Below are positions 51,242 to 64,000 of a stretch of DNA of 64,000 nt, one piece after another (the first letter of the stretch is position 1; each line of letters starts with the position of its first letter). Source of the stretch: Eledone cirrhosa (taxonomy: Eukaryota); NCBI GenBank assembly GCA_964016885.1, contig OZ024743.1, positions 358,050,001 through 358,114,000 on the forward strand. Direction: 5' to 3'. The notes under the pieces are model-generated. The model was not told where the DNA came from. It did no database searches and worked only from the letters and a program-made list of their open reading frames with translations. Both the position numbers and the translations under genes were made by a program.

Positions 51242-51699
51242 CTGATGTATAAACAGTCAGACTAAAGTTTTATGTACGGTTATAACTAAGGCCTAACCAG
51301 ATTGAAATCGCTAACCTTTTGTTGTTAAATCATTATATATTCTCCCTTCGATTAAGGCTAAAAATATCGTCTTTTATAAGATTAATTTATTCAAATGTTC
51401 TATAATGCGGGAACCTCTTAACCTGTTAAGCGAAGCAGTGAAATTTCCCTGAAACGGAAATCCCACACTTTTAATAAATGAAGGACACGTTATATAATGT
51501 GGTCTAAGATTCTTTCTAAAACGATGGCATAGTCATGGCTGGAATGTCTTCTCCATAGGTAGGCTACAACTGATTATTAAATTGAATGATTTATTTTTAA
51601 TATTGATTAATAGATAGTCTGGCAGGGCTGACATGGAATCGCTATCCATCTGCATGAATTTGCTTTCTTTGTTTTAAAATGATCACATTTCTTTTCGAA

Positions 51700-52021
51700 C
51701 AGAGATTCTCAAAGTGGGCGCTACACCCTCCCACCAATGAGGGGGCACTGGGTCCTAAAGGAGCGGTGGGGCGGTAGAGATTATAAAGTAGTATATTAAA
51801 TATCAAATGATACATATATATAAATATAGTAAAATTAAAAATATATTTATTCATGCATAGTATATATTATATTACTTATTATATATAAACGAACGATTTT
51901 ATTTAATATATATTATTCACAATTTGTGTGTAGGCAGGTCTCTCTGGAAATAGATGTGTGGCGTTGAGGGTATTACGTAGCTGTGAGGGAGGCGGTGGCC
52001 CAAAAGGTTTGAGAACCTCTG
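51700..52021. mobile_element. hAT (Charlie-like) MITE
   Basis: TIR CAGAGATTCTCAAA / TTTGAGAACCTCTG; 8-bp TSD TTTTCGAA/TTTTAGAA. Confidence 0.8.
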
Positions 52022-52489
52022 TTTTAGAACAACTGGTGAAGTTCACCCATTTACTTAATACATTAGAAATGTTGGAAGAGAAACATATGCTACGAAATGT
52101 ACTTACTCTTCCCTGATATAGAAAACTTATAATCAAAAATATTCCAACTGTGACTATCTCTGTCAAATGGCAAAAGCCAACAAATCGTTAAATGTCGAAG
52201 CGAATCATAAATATTAATAGTCCATAATTTATACAATTTCTGCAACAAATACCACAATAGCAAAATGTAAAGATAATATATTTACACACAGCAATCAACC
52301 ATAATATTGCGTCACGTGTGTTTGTAACTCTTTACACACACAAACATACGTACATATACACACAATGCATTTCTTATCTGAGTTATGTTACTTCAATAAG
52401 AAGTTCATTTCTCAAAAGAATGGTCTAAAGTCTATCTTAAGCCAGACTTTAGACCTTGTTAGGCTGGTGCTTATCTGATTTTCACATTT

Positions 52490-52738
52490 ACGATTGTACA
52501 AATGTTTCATGGCGTGAAGCGACTGAGAGTACAAGACTTCCCCCTGGACTGGACCCCAGTCCATCGCAGGGTTTAGCCCCCAGCTATTGCTGGTACTCAT
52601 TTTCAGCTGAATATACTGGAGCAACGTGAGGTGAAGTGTTTGGCTCAAAAACACAACACGCAGCCCAGCCCAGGAATTGAACCCACAACATTATGAGCGT
52701 AAGTCCAACACCTTTACCACTAGGCCATGCGCCTCCAC
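52490..52738 (-). mobile_element. Second tRNA-derived SINE family (degenerate relatives at ~45880-46170 minus and ~43680-43760 plus)
   Basis: Head GGCGCATGGCCTAGTGG..GGTTCAATTCC; central AACCCTGCGATGGACTGG..CCAGGGG domain reminiscent of V-/Meta-SINE cores. Confidence 0.75.
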
Positions 52739-53472
52739 TCAATAAGTTCTAAGAGCTAAGTGCTAAGTTCTAATAGTTACTTCTCCAGATATACAAAAAT
52801 AGTCATGCATTTCAGCCTGTATGTCATTTATACATATATGATGAATATTTATGTAATTATACCCCCAAAAATATATTATTGCAATATCATTCATATCTTT
52901 AATCCCTTTCATGAGTCAGTAATGAACATAAACTATAGGGTTTCTCTTATGTAAACCATAAATTTATGAAAACGCAAATATCCTAGTTCATATGATTGTT
53001 CATATATCCGGTAATACGGGACTCCAAAAGTTAAATATATTCAACACTACAACCGTCATTATTGATATCAGTGATATACACTAGTGTATATCACTGAATT
53101 ACTTTGTTTCCAGCTAAAAGCACAACAAAACATAATTGTTGGCAGAGCATAGTTTCGATCCATAGACACTTGGGATATGGGTTAGATTGTTTTATTAAAC
53201 ATTATATTTTATATCGTTACGTTTCATTGTGTCTGTATCTTATAGCCATTAATGGCTAGTTTAAGGTTAAATGTTTTAACTGCATATTGGTGTTGGAATT
53301 GATTTTCGCAATATATATATATATATACAAATGCATAAATGTATACATATATATATATACGTACAGATATACACATACACACACACATACACACACGCAC
53401 TCACACACACATATACATACAGATACACACACACATCTCTCTCTCTATATATATATATACAGATACACATAC

Positions 53473-53524
<52 letters not shown>

Positions 53525-56140
53525 ATACACAAACACAACACCAACAAACAAAGGAATATGAAAATTGAGTCGATATTAGAATATAACGCTGCTTCATACA
53601 TAATTCTGATTTTCATATTGACGATTATAAAAATGTTTCAAGCGAATCATTTGAGCAAGCTCATGCGTATAACTCAGAGTAGCGTTTCCGGTTTGTCAAT
53701 AGTCATACTTTACTTTATAAATTGACTACTTTTTTTCACTGTTTATAAATATCAACTTTCACCAAGAAGTAGACAACTTTACTTAGTCTTACTCCAAATT
53801 TCACATCTCCGATTTTCTGTGCAAAGTTCAGAAGCATGAAACTTGGAGTAACTCTTAGTGAGGTTTTAAGCTTCCAATAAACATGATAAAACTCTATACT
53901 GTATATAGAGTACTCTCTTTTTTTCCTTCTTATTTTTACAATTTGTTGTGCCAAAACATATATACATCTGTGTGTAATGTGTGCCTGCTAAAATAACTAT
54001 ATAATTATATCTATACTATAGATTCATTCAAATAACTTCGTAAATACCTACACTTCTTGGTGCAAATGAGTCAGTATATCTGCTATCCACTCAGATAAGT
54101 GCGTGACACCATAATATCTATTTAATCTCATAGTTACCTTCGCATACATAAAGAACTCTACACACTTTATTACAATCGCCTATTGAACTCTTGAATGTTT
54201 TTCCTCGTAAAAAACAACACGAAGAAAATATATACATCCATAAAATCCTGCATCCATTACATCGCTACCATAAACGACATTTGAACATTAATAGCGCACG
54301 AAAACACACTAAAACTGCAAGCATTCAAAATAAAAACCATCAACACGATTCACATTAATAAAACAGACGTATACATACCACTTCCCTACCTTACTAACGG
54401 TCCCACCAAGCTATACACTCCATCTACATCTCAAAAAAATATCTAGCATGGTTTTTGAAAGTGACTTCAATACACGAAACACATCCATACACAAACCAAT
54501 ACGAAGGGCGTTACAGGAGCACGACTACACTCCTTTTATATATAAAAAAAAATGCACAAAATATATTCACATAATTTAACAAGCTAACAAGGTATTTTTT
54601 TCCAAACATATTTTTCTCCTCCCCACAACTATCTACAACAATCGCATGGCAAACAATCTCTCTATTTTCCTCTACTCACCTGCCTATCACCATCACCCCC
54701 CAAGAATGAGTAAAAGAGAAAAACGCTTTCACAAACTTCATTAAGGGAGGGAATTGCAAATTGCACAATTTAACAAGCACAGCAACGTAGATAAATGTAT
54801 TCAACAAATAATTGAAGAAGCATCCTAACATAACCAACCTGATACAAGTCAATGTACAATCCTCAACAGTACGCCGCACCACCAGAAATCGAAGTCTGCA
54901 TCAACTAGCAAGCAAACAAAGAAGTAAAAATATGAAGTAAATTGAAAAGTATTTGTAATAGAACATTATACAAAGTAATTAGAAGTATCAACTACTCTAA
55001 AAGCCAACAAAACGATCTAGTAAAGAACGTCTATGTGATCACTCCACATTCTTAAAATAGCAGCCAAATCTCCAAGTCATGCCCCACCGTATTAGAAAAA
55101 GAAGGATACACGGGATCATTTAGTATTAGATATACAATCTGAAAAAGTTGTGTAATCACAACTGGAATATCTTTTATGTGTATGCTCAATTTGCGCTGAT
55201 CTGGGTAGACAATAATATTAAAAGTATCTTCAAGGTAGAAACCTACACTCTAAGAAAAAACAAACCCACTTATCAAACTCATTATTAAAACCATTTACTA
55301 AATTCTACATAGAGAACAAAAAATCAAATCACACAAGATATCCACCGTCTACTGAGTCATAAACTTGAGACAATATTCTTCTGAGTCATTAAGGGAATCC
55401 AAATTTCCAGAGCCTCAGAGCCCGACAAAATCATAGAAAATAACAGATAAATTATACTAAGCAACATCTTAAAAGCCAGCCATACCAACACTCCTTATGA
55501 TTCAGAATCTGAAAAGTTAATATCAGAACAATTCTTAAATTAAGACAAAATCACCCTGACACATCTAGCTTTCATCTACCATATTCATACGTTGAAAAAA
55601 GTCTGTGATGTAAATGATTAGTCTTTCTCACAGATATACTTACATTGTGAAAATATATTTTATCAAGAGAAATGGCAGTGCTCATGACACTTTTCGGCAC
55701 CTAGTGGGTGAGAGGGTTTTAGGTATCCTCAACCGGAGACTTGTTCCGAATGCATGCAACAGAGTGGACCCCTGCAAAGGTTCCCGGTTAAACCGGGCAA
55801 GTAGGCCACGGCGGGATTTGAGCACAGAATACAAAGTGCCGGAATAAGTACCACAAGGTATTTCCAACTGACAACATAGAATTAGCTTATTACACTCAAC
55901 CAACATACTCCTCACACTAAAAAGAAAAATATGGTGGCTTCAACCAAAACAATCTTTACCTGTCATGCAACTCACTTATGAACAAGAGCTCACCAAGAAA
56001 CAACATTAAATAGTGACTAGCAAACTATCTCTTAAAGTCACCAAGTCTATATAAAGTAAAATAACAACAATTAAAATCTCATGTTTCCGAAATACTATTA
56101 AAAATAAAAATAAAAATAGACGTGTCTTTATAAGCAAGTA

Positions 56141-56307
56141 CCGCATTTCCCGGCGCCGAAGACGCTTCGTCCTCGAGGACACACCCTAATTTTGACCAAA
56201 ATTTTGAAAAAGAAAATAATAAACAAGCTTCGGTCTCCAGGACGCATGGTACATATTTTAGACTTATTTTAGGAAGAAGGTAGCGTCTTCGACGCTGGGA
56301 AATACGG
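56141..56307. mobile_element. Tc1/mariner (pogo/Tigger-like) MITE
   Basis: 25-bp TIR CCGCATTTCCCGGCGCCGAAGACGC / GCGTCTTCGACGCTGGGAAATACGG; TA TSD. Confidence 0.85.
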
Positions 56308-56873
56308 TAGCTCCACTGTTAGGTCCTCATACCGTCAATCTCAAGGCGAGAACTGCACCAACCCCATGCAAACTTTGCTCCAAGCAAATAAATTAAAAGA
56401 AACATCCCATTCAGCTACATGACCAAGTGGTTAAGAAGTCCGTTGAACTCTTTGCGTCTTGGTCACAAGATTCGATACGAAATTCATGACAAGGATACGA
56501 AGTCCATATTTTTAAACAGGTTCAGTAGTACCATAGCTACTAGGCTCAATGAATTTTCTTGACAAAGTTAATTAAATTTATTACATTTTAAATTATTTAA
56601 AAAGCAATCTTTGCGTAATTATTTTTGATTTATTTTTATTTTTTAACGAAAAACCACCTGCATGTAATAAATGTGACAATGTGAAAAGCATTCGCAACTG
56701 GCAGAATACCAACAATGGCAACAGAATATATATTAATTTAATATATTAATATATTAAAATCATCACTTCAATTACACCTTTCCCTTTAAATATTTTTATA
56801 CATTTATTTATGGGTAATCGACAATACTTTAATAAATTTATTAATGAATACTTACAAATAATTTCACACACAA

Positions 56874-56904
<31 letters not shown>

Positions 56905-56909
56905 ATATG

Positions 56910-56943
<34 letters not shown>

Positions 56944-57140
56944 TACATATATCTATATATATCTATGTATGTATACTCTTAGATATATATATGTATGTAT
57001 GTATATATATATGTATGTATATAGATTCTTACATAAAAACATATACACATATACACATAAATATATATATATATATTCATACATACAAAAACATATATGT
57101 ATATATATATAAATATGTGTGTGTGTACAGGGGGGGTGTA

Positions 57141-57174
<34 letters not shown>

Positions 57175-57479
57175 CATACATACATACATACATACATACA
57201 TACATACATACATACATACGAGGATAAAGTAAGATAAATATATATACAGATGTGTGTGTGCATATGTGTAAGGAGACAGCAATGGAATGTTAGAAAGTTC
57301 GATAGCTAAGAAGCCACGCATAAATCACAAGCATGCAGTCGCACAAGCTTAGACACACACACACACATACATACATATACATACACACACATATATATAT
57401 ATAAATTTTGCATAGAGGCATGTGACTTTTTCTGATGATTTAAAAGAAAATTATATCAACCATAATATATATATATATG

Positions 57480-57603
<124 letters not shown>

Positions 57604-58654
57604 ACTCTTTAAAATTTAGATACACACAAACATACACAGACCTACACATATATGTATGTGTGTGTAACTCTTGAAAATTTAGATATATACAAATATACAC
57701 AGACTTACACTTATATATACGTATGTGTGTAACTCTTTAAAATGTATACATACACACACGAGTAGACATAAACACAATGTATTCCTATCTCAGTCACGAT
57801 GTACAATAAGTTCAGAAATAAGTTCCATCATGACAAACAAAAAGATGTCATTGAATCTTCGAAAGAATAAGTTAACTTTGATGAATTAAGTATCAAGTCG
57901 GCGTTGAAAATCATATATGAATTAAATATTATCTTACTGCTTTGAAGTTTATGTATTTCGAGACAATCATCGACTTGTCAAATGAATTTTCATAATTGAA
58001 CATAATTCTGAACTCATTGCAGGAATGTGACTGGAGATAGGAAATAAATATTCATAAACTTTTTTGGTGCACAACGGCTGCAAACCAGTCGGCGAGACTG
58101 CAGTCGAAACTTGGGAGAAAAATAGGTATATTTTGTATATTCTTTCCTCACATTTATAATTTGATAGATAGCTCTGATTAAATGATTATTTTAATTATTT
58201 CAGTCATTAAGTTAAACTAGTCAAGGAGGGACACCACACACACATATATTAATACTTAAGTATCTCTGTGTGTATCTTATTACTATTTTATACCAACTCC
58301 CCTATGGTCGAGAAAAATAGGCGGGTGCTAACTGCTTTTTCTAGCAAATGTATTACACACCAAACGTCCAGCATTTACCTCCCTTCTGTGACCGCTATAC
58401 CACGTGATAATTTCTCCTTCACGAGAATTATTCCTTTGTAAAGGTTAGTTCAAGAAGTAGCCCATTCACGTGAGGGGGTCTCTTGAAAAGCCGGTAGCCT
58501 CACAGTCTTGGTACATTTTATTAGTGCACAACGGCTGCAAACCAGTTGGCGAAACTGCAGTCAGGAATTTGAAGAAAAAATGGGTATATATTGTCACATT
58601 TACAATTTGATAGATAGCTCTGATTAAATGATTATTTTTAATTCTTTCAGTCAT

Positions 58655-58718
<64 letters not shown>

Positions 58719-59139
58719 GGGAAGAAGACACACATGGTGGATAGAAGGTCGAGAAATCGCTCCTGTAAGTTTTGATTTTTTAACATATTTAAATCAATTG
58801 TGAAATAACAATTCTTAGTACAAATGTTGCATAAAACATCCAGCTTGAGTTCCAAAAAATTCGGATCCACAATATATTGTTATATCGCTCAAATATTCAA
58901 TTTTGTATTATACATTTTATATTCAAAAAAGAAAATGGTTATAAATGGAAGAAAACCCCCTCTGTCTACACTATATAGAACAGCCAAATAACAGCAATTT
59001 CACCAACATCAGAAACTAGATACACCACCTACCCCATCACCCCTCTGTGTACACTAAACACAACAGCCAGATAACGGCAATTTCACCACCACCACCACCA
59101 ATCTCAGCATAATAATAATAATTACTATTACTATTGCCT

Positions 59140-60025
59140 CAAGTTTTAGTTTTAACAAAATGTTTAATTCCAATATTAAGAAAATATGTCAACACATATA
59201 CGCGACTAACGATAATTTCACTAAAGATAATTTCACCACCAATACCACCACCACTACCACGATGAAAACTCTGGTCAAGTCGACTCAAATTTCTATTCCA
59301 ACTTCAACACCATCACTACAGTAATACGACCACATCACCACCACCACTGCCCCACTATCGCTACCGCCGCTATTCTCTCCCACTACCTCCTGCTAGTTGC
59401 TGCTAGCACAGCACCGCCACCACCACCGCCGCCGCTGCCTCAATATCACTACCACCGCTATTCTCTCCCGCTACCCCCTGCTACATTGTAGAATTCTCAC
59501 TAAAAGAGGAAAACATCAAAATATATAAATAGACTGAATTGATGACCCGGTCAAAATAAAAAAAAAACAATAATCAAAATCAAGTTTTAGTTTTAACAAA
59601 ATGTTTAATTCCATTATTAAGAAAAATATGTCAACACATATACGCGACTAATGATAATTTCACTAAAGATAATTTCACCACCAGTGCCACCACCACTGCC
59701 ACGATGAAAACTCTGGTCAAGTCGACTCAAATTTCTACTCCATCTTCAACACCATCGCTACAGTAATACGACCACATCGCCACCGCCGCTGCCTCATTAT
59801 CGTTACCGCCGCTATTCTCTCCCACTACCTCCTGCTAGTTGCTGCTGGCACAGCACCGCCATCGCCGCCGCCGCCGCTGCCTCATTGTCACTACCACCGC
59901 TATTCTCTCCCGCTAGCCCCTGCTACATTGTAGAATTCTCAATAAAAGAGGAAGGCATCAAAATATATAAATAGACTAAATTGATGACCCGGTCAAAATC
60001 AAAAAAAAACAAAAGTCAAAATCAA
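59140..60025 (+). repeat. ~441-bp tandem duplication rich in CAC/GCC triplets
   Basis: CAAGTTTTAGTTTTAACAAAATG at 59140 and 59581, colinear thereafter. Confidence 0.85.
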
Positions 60026-60324
60026 AGCAGCACAGCAACAACGAAAAACGTAAAGGAAATAAAAATGAAGACAAAAACCAACGGACGGACAGAGAAGGGA
60101 AGGGAAAAACTGAGTCAGACATTCAAACACTACATTACAATGAAACTTATGCTTATTCATTTTTGGGGGGTTTTTTGCCTGTTTGTTTGTTTGTTTATTT
60201 GGGTTCGTCTACAGCGTGATAATGCCACACAAAAGTCACGTGGAGTGACGAAACCACCGGAGACAAGTAATTCACCGGTGGTTATGTAACCATACATTCG
60301 CCAATCCTCGATATGAGTGTTTAA

Positions 60325-63300
60325 ATGTCGAACCTAAACAGTTCGAATAACGGTGAAATGGAGACTAGAATGTCATGTGACAGACTCTCACCCAATAGGT
60401 GCTCCCTGGCTCAGCAGCAGGGACCTGGCTGTCAACCAAATACTGCTGGTGTCAGAGGAAGAAGAAGAAGGAAAGAGACCAGAACCAACTGGACGAAAGA
60501 ATTGAATAGAACTGTTATGCAATGTTACCTGAAGAGTAACCCCAAGGAGAAAGGCTATAGGAAAAGGATGCATAACATCTGGAACGAGATTGGTCCATTT
60601 AAATTAGATGAACAAAAACTGGCCGGGCAGGCTTGGGTAATAAGAAATAATGGGTGGATAAGCGAACTGGAACTGGAGGAACTGAGCAGAGAGATTAGCT
60701 TGGAGATGGAGGGTGGAGTATGCCAGGCAAACGAGCCAGTGGGAAATGAAGGTGAAGAGGTCGAGAGAACAGAGGAACCACCCGAAACAGACAATGATCT
60801 GAATGCTGAAATAAATAATTGTTTCTACGTTAGACACAAGGCCAGCAATTGCCCAGTGTATTACTGGTACTTTATTTTATCGACCCCGTAAGGATGAAAG
60901 GCAAAGTTAACCTCGGCGGGATTTGAACTCAGAATGCTGAAATAAATAATACCTGGAACAGAGATACGGCCACTGAGGAGATGAATGCTGACGGGCTAGG
61001 ACAAGATTTGGTAGATATCCTAAACTTAGTGGTAGATGAATTGAACAATGATAGTGGGAGACCTATGAACCTAAGATTTGTAGACAGGAAAAAGTTAAAA
61101 GAAACAACAGCTAAGGTAAACAAAGTCATCCCATACCTTGAGGCGAGGAGCCTTCACCAGTGCAACAATATCCTCAAAGCAACAGCAAATACGGTGAGGA
61201 AACTACTTGGTATAAAAGCGAGAGGAAACATCAGACAAGAAAGAGCAGAGCCTTGGTGGAAGAAACGACTGAGTGGCCAAATCAGGGAAATGAGAAATGA
61301 CATTGGAAAGCTTGAGTCCCTACTGAATGGGACACTAAAAAACATAGACACTAAAAATAGACTGGAAATAAAGTACAAAACTAGGAGGAAAAAGCTAAAT
61401 ATTATCATAGAGGAACTGAAGCAACGCATTGTAGCAAAGAGTGCAAAAATCAGGCGATACGAGAACAGAGTCAGCCAGTATAGACAGAACCGCATGTTCG
61501 ACAACAACCAGAAGATGCTGTTTGGACAGCTTGAAGGGAAAGAAAGAGGCAAGGACTTGATCCCTGAAGCGGAACAAACTAAAACATTCTGGAGAGGAAT
61601 ATGGGAGCAGGATGTTAAACATAATGACTAGGCAGTGTGGATTGAGACAGTACAGAAGGAGATCAGTGAACAGGCACACCAACAGACTGATTTGAGTATC
61701 ACAGTTGAAACTCTTAAGGGGCAGGCCAAAAAACTGACCAACTGGAAATCACCTGGCCCAGATGGTGTGCAGGGGTAGTGGATTAAAAATATAACATCCC
61801 TCCACCCGAAACTGACAACCATGTTCAATGACTGCTTGATGTCAGGTGAGGTACCAGAGTGGTTGACAAAAGGTACCACAGTTCTGATAATGAAAGACCG
61901 AATCAAGGGTAATGATGTTACCAACTATAGACCTATCACATGTCTGTCTGTAATGTGGAAACTGTTGACAAGCATTATGTCTGAGGAAATCTACCATCAC
62001 CTCCACACAAACAACTTGTTACCGGACGAACAGAAAGGATGCCGAAAGAAGTCACGTGGTACAAAGGACCAGTTACTTATTGATAAGATGGTAATGAGGA
62101 ATTGCAAGAGGAGACACACAGGTCTTGCCATGGGATGGATAGACTACAAAAAGGCATTTGACATGGTGCCTCATTCTTGGATCACCAAAAGCCTAGAGAT
62201 CTTCAAGGTGGCAGATAACATCAGACAGTTGATGGGCAAAAGTATGAAGTCCTGGAAAACAGAGTTAACATCAGCTGGAGAATCCTTGGGAGGCGTGAAC
62301 ATCAAGAGAGGTATCTTCCAGGGAGATAGTCTGTCTCCTCTGTTGTTTGTCCTTGCCCTGATGCCCCTAACCATTATACTGCGAAAAGTGAGAGCAGAAT
62401 ACAAGTTGGGAAAGGGAGAGCTTACCATCAATCACCTCCTCTTCATGGACGATCTTAAGCTCTTCGGGAAGAGTGAGAAGGAGTTGGATGTGCTTGTTGA
62501 CACTGTCCGTATTTTCAGCAATGATATATGTATGCAATTTGGTATTAGTAAGTGTGGAGTCCTTGTGATGAAGAGGGGTAAATTGAGCAGAAGCAACGGA
62601 ATCCAGGTACCAACAGGTGAGATGATAAAGGAAATTGACACCGAAGAGGGATACAAATATTTAGGTGTTCTGGAGGCTGATGACATCAAGAACAAAAAAA
62701 TGAAGGAATTGATAAGATCTGAATACATTCGGAGAGTAAGGAGCGTATTGAAGTCACATCTGAACAGTAGGAATGCCATAAGTGCAGTAAATTCCCGAGC
62801 TGTGTCTATTATTAGGTACAGTGCGGGAATTCTGAGATGGAATGTTGCTGAACAAAAAGAAATGGATAGGAAGACTAGGAAGCTATTGACTATCTACAAC
62901 ATGTTCCACAAGAGGAGTGATGTCGATAGACTCTACTTAAGGAGATCTGAAGGTGGAAGAGGTCTTATCAGCATAGAGGACTGTGTTCAGATGGAGAAAA
63001 ACAACCTACACAAATACGTGACTGATAGTAAGGAGCCAATGCTCAGAATTGTACTGAAGGAGAGGACAATAGACCAGGGGATGTCCAAGGAGGAAATAAC
63101 AAGGAGAAAGAGCAGCCTTCATGAAAAATCCCTTCATAGTACCTTCTTTGAGAAAACTGAATTCAGAGATCCACAGACATGCAACTGGTTAAAAAGAGGA
63201 GACCTTAAAAAGACTACAGAAGGAATGCTAATGGCTGCGCAAGAGCAGGCCCTCAGAACGAAGTGGGTGAAACACCATATTTTCAAGGAGGAGGCTAGCC

Positions 63301-63895
63301 CACTGTGTAGGATCTGTGGAGAGAAAGAGGAGACTGTGGCTCACATTGTATCCGAGTGTAAACACCTAGCCCAGACTCACTATAAAGGCTGGAGACATGA
63401 TGTGATGGGCAGGGTGATCCACTGGCACCTATGCAAAGTAAACAATTTACCACATTCTGAGAAGTGGTATGAGCATAAGCCAGAGTCGGTGATAGAAAAC
63501 GATCAGGTGAAGGTGCTATGGGATTTTAGGATACAGACGGACAAGAAACTGGAACACAATAAATTATTGTGTTCCAGTTTCTTGTCCTGGTGGTTTTAGA
63601 CAAGGAAAAAAGATCGTACCTGATTGTAGATGTAGACTACCCATTTGACACGAGAGTGCAAGAAAAGGAGAGGGAGAAAATTAACCGATACCAGGACTTA
63701 AAGTGGGAGGTAAAAAGGATTTGGAACTGCCATGAAGTCAGAGTCGTCCCGATTGTCATAGGCGCACTAGGTACTATCTCAAACAGTTTCCAGGGATGGT
63801 TAAAGAAAATTAGTCCAGCCCCGCTTTTTGGAACACTTCAAAAGGCATGCTTTCTGGGAACAGCAAGAACCCTCCGATACGTCCTGAATATCTGA
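60325..63895 (+). pseudogene. Disrupted single ORF of the R4/Dong element
   Basis: SINE insertion at 60820, stops at 61629 and 61777, frameshifting palindrome at 63539-63587. Confidence 0.85.
60820..60931 (-). mobile_element. 5'-truncated SINE inserted in the R4 ORF, 19-bp TSD
   Basis: GAATGCTGAAATAAATAAT at 60801-60819 and 60932-60950. Confidence 0.9.
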
Positions 63896-63968
63896 GGCTG
63901 CAGGTAACGGCTTGATATTCATATCAACAAACTTTCCAGTTAAATAACATCAATGACTGAGACTCAAA

Positions 63969-64000
<32 letters not shown>

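Larger units (their letters stand above)
60200..64000 (+). mobile_element. R4/Dong-clade non-LTR retrotransposon (RT + restriction-like endonuclease), inactivated; 5' boundary approximate
   Basis: N-terminal WTKELN..VMQCY..GYRKRM..EQKLA; RT YRPITCL, DYKKAFD, FQGDSLSP, FMDD; CRICG..ETVAHIVSEC, RHD, LWDF, EKINRYQDL, VPIVIGALG; (AAT)n tail from 63970. Confidence 0.9.

Noticed and set aside
54000-56100. A/C-rich stretch as a LINE remnant
   Set aside because: No RT or endonuclease motif could be read, so it is left unannotated
63970-64000. R4/Dong element as the SINE's partner because of its (AAT)n tail
   Set aside because: Its sense-strand tail is (AAT)n, not (ATT)n, and its 3'UTR lacks the CCTTGTG..GAAA block shared by the SINE and Tx1

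Overview
This is eukaryotic, AT- and microsatellite-rich DNA with no recognisable host protein-coding gene. The SINE types and repeat landscape suggest a cephalopod (octopus-like) genome, which is an inference. 1-9793 holds two nearly identical, intact Tx1-clade non-LTR retrotransposons arranged head-to-tail and ending in (TTA)n, followed by a SINE and a 5'-truncated copy of a diverged Tx1 subfamily. About 11-46 kb is a large initiator-tRNA-Met gene cluster: 9 identical intact genes, about 6 near-intact variants and many pseudogenes. The cluster begins as a young 7-unit tandem array (RTE-LINE 3' fragment + (CA)n + tRNAi gene + CpG-decayed tRNAi pseudogene + (TTC)n, with or without a SINE) and continues as an old, scrambled ~0.5-kb tDNA repeat with segmental duplications and inversions. 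The remainder contains SINEs, a probable solo LTR, a CRE fragment, a Penelope fragment with a hammerhead-like motif, MITEs, a Helitron-like element and a dead R4/Dong LINE. The best candidate for an undescribed system is a Tx1 LINE plus a tRNA-derived SINE that share their 3' end and both insert at ATTAT/(TTA)n, regenerating their own target and piling up in tandem at the edge of and inside the tDNA cluster. All coordinates and alignments were read by eye.
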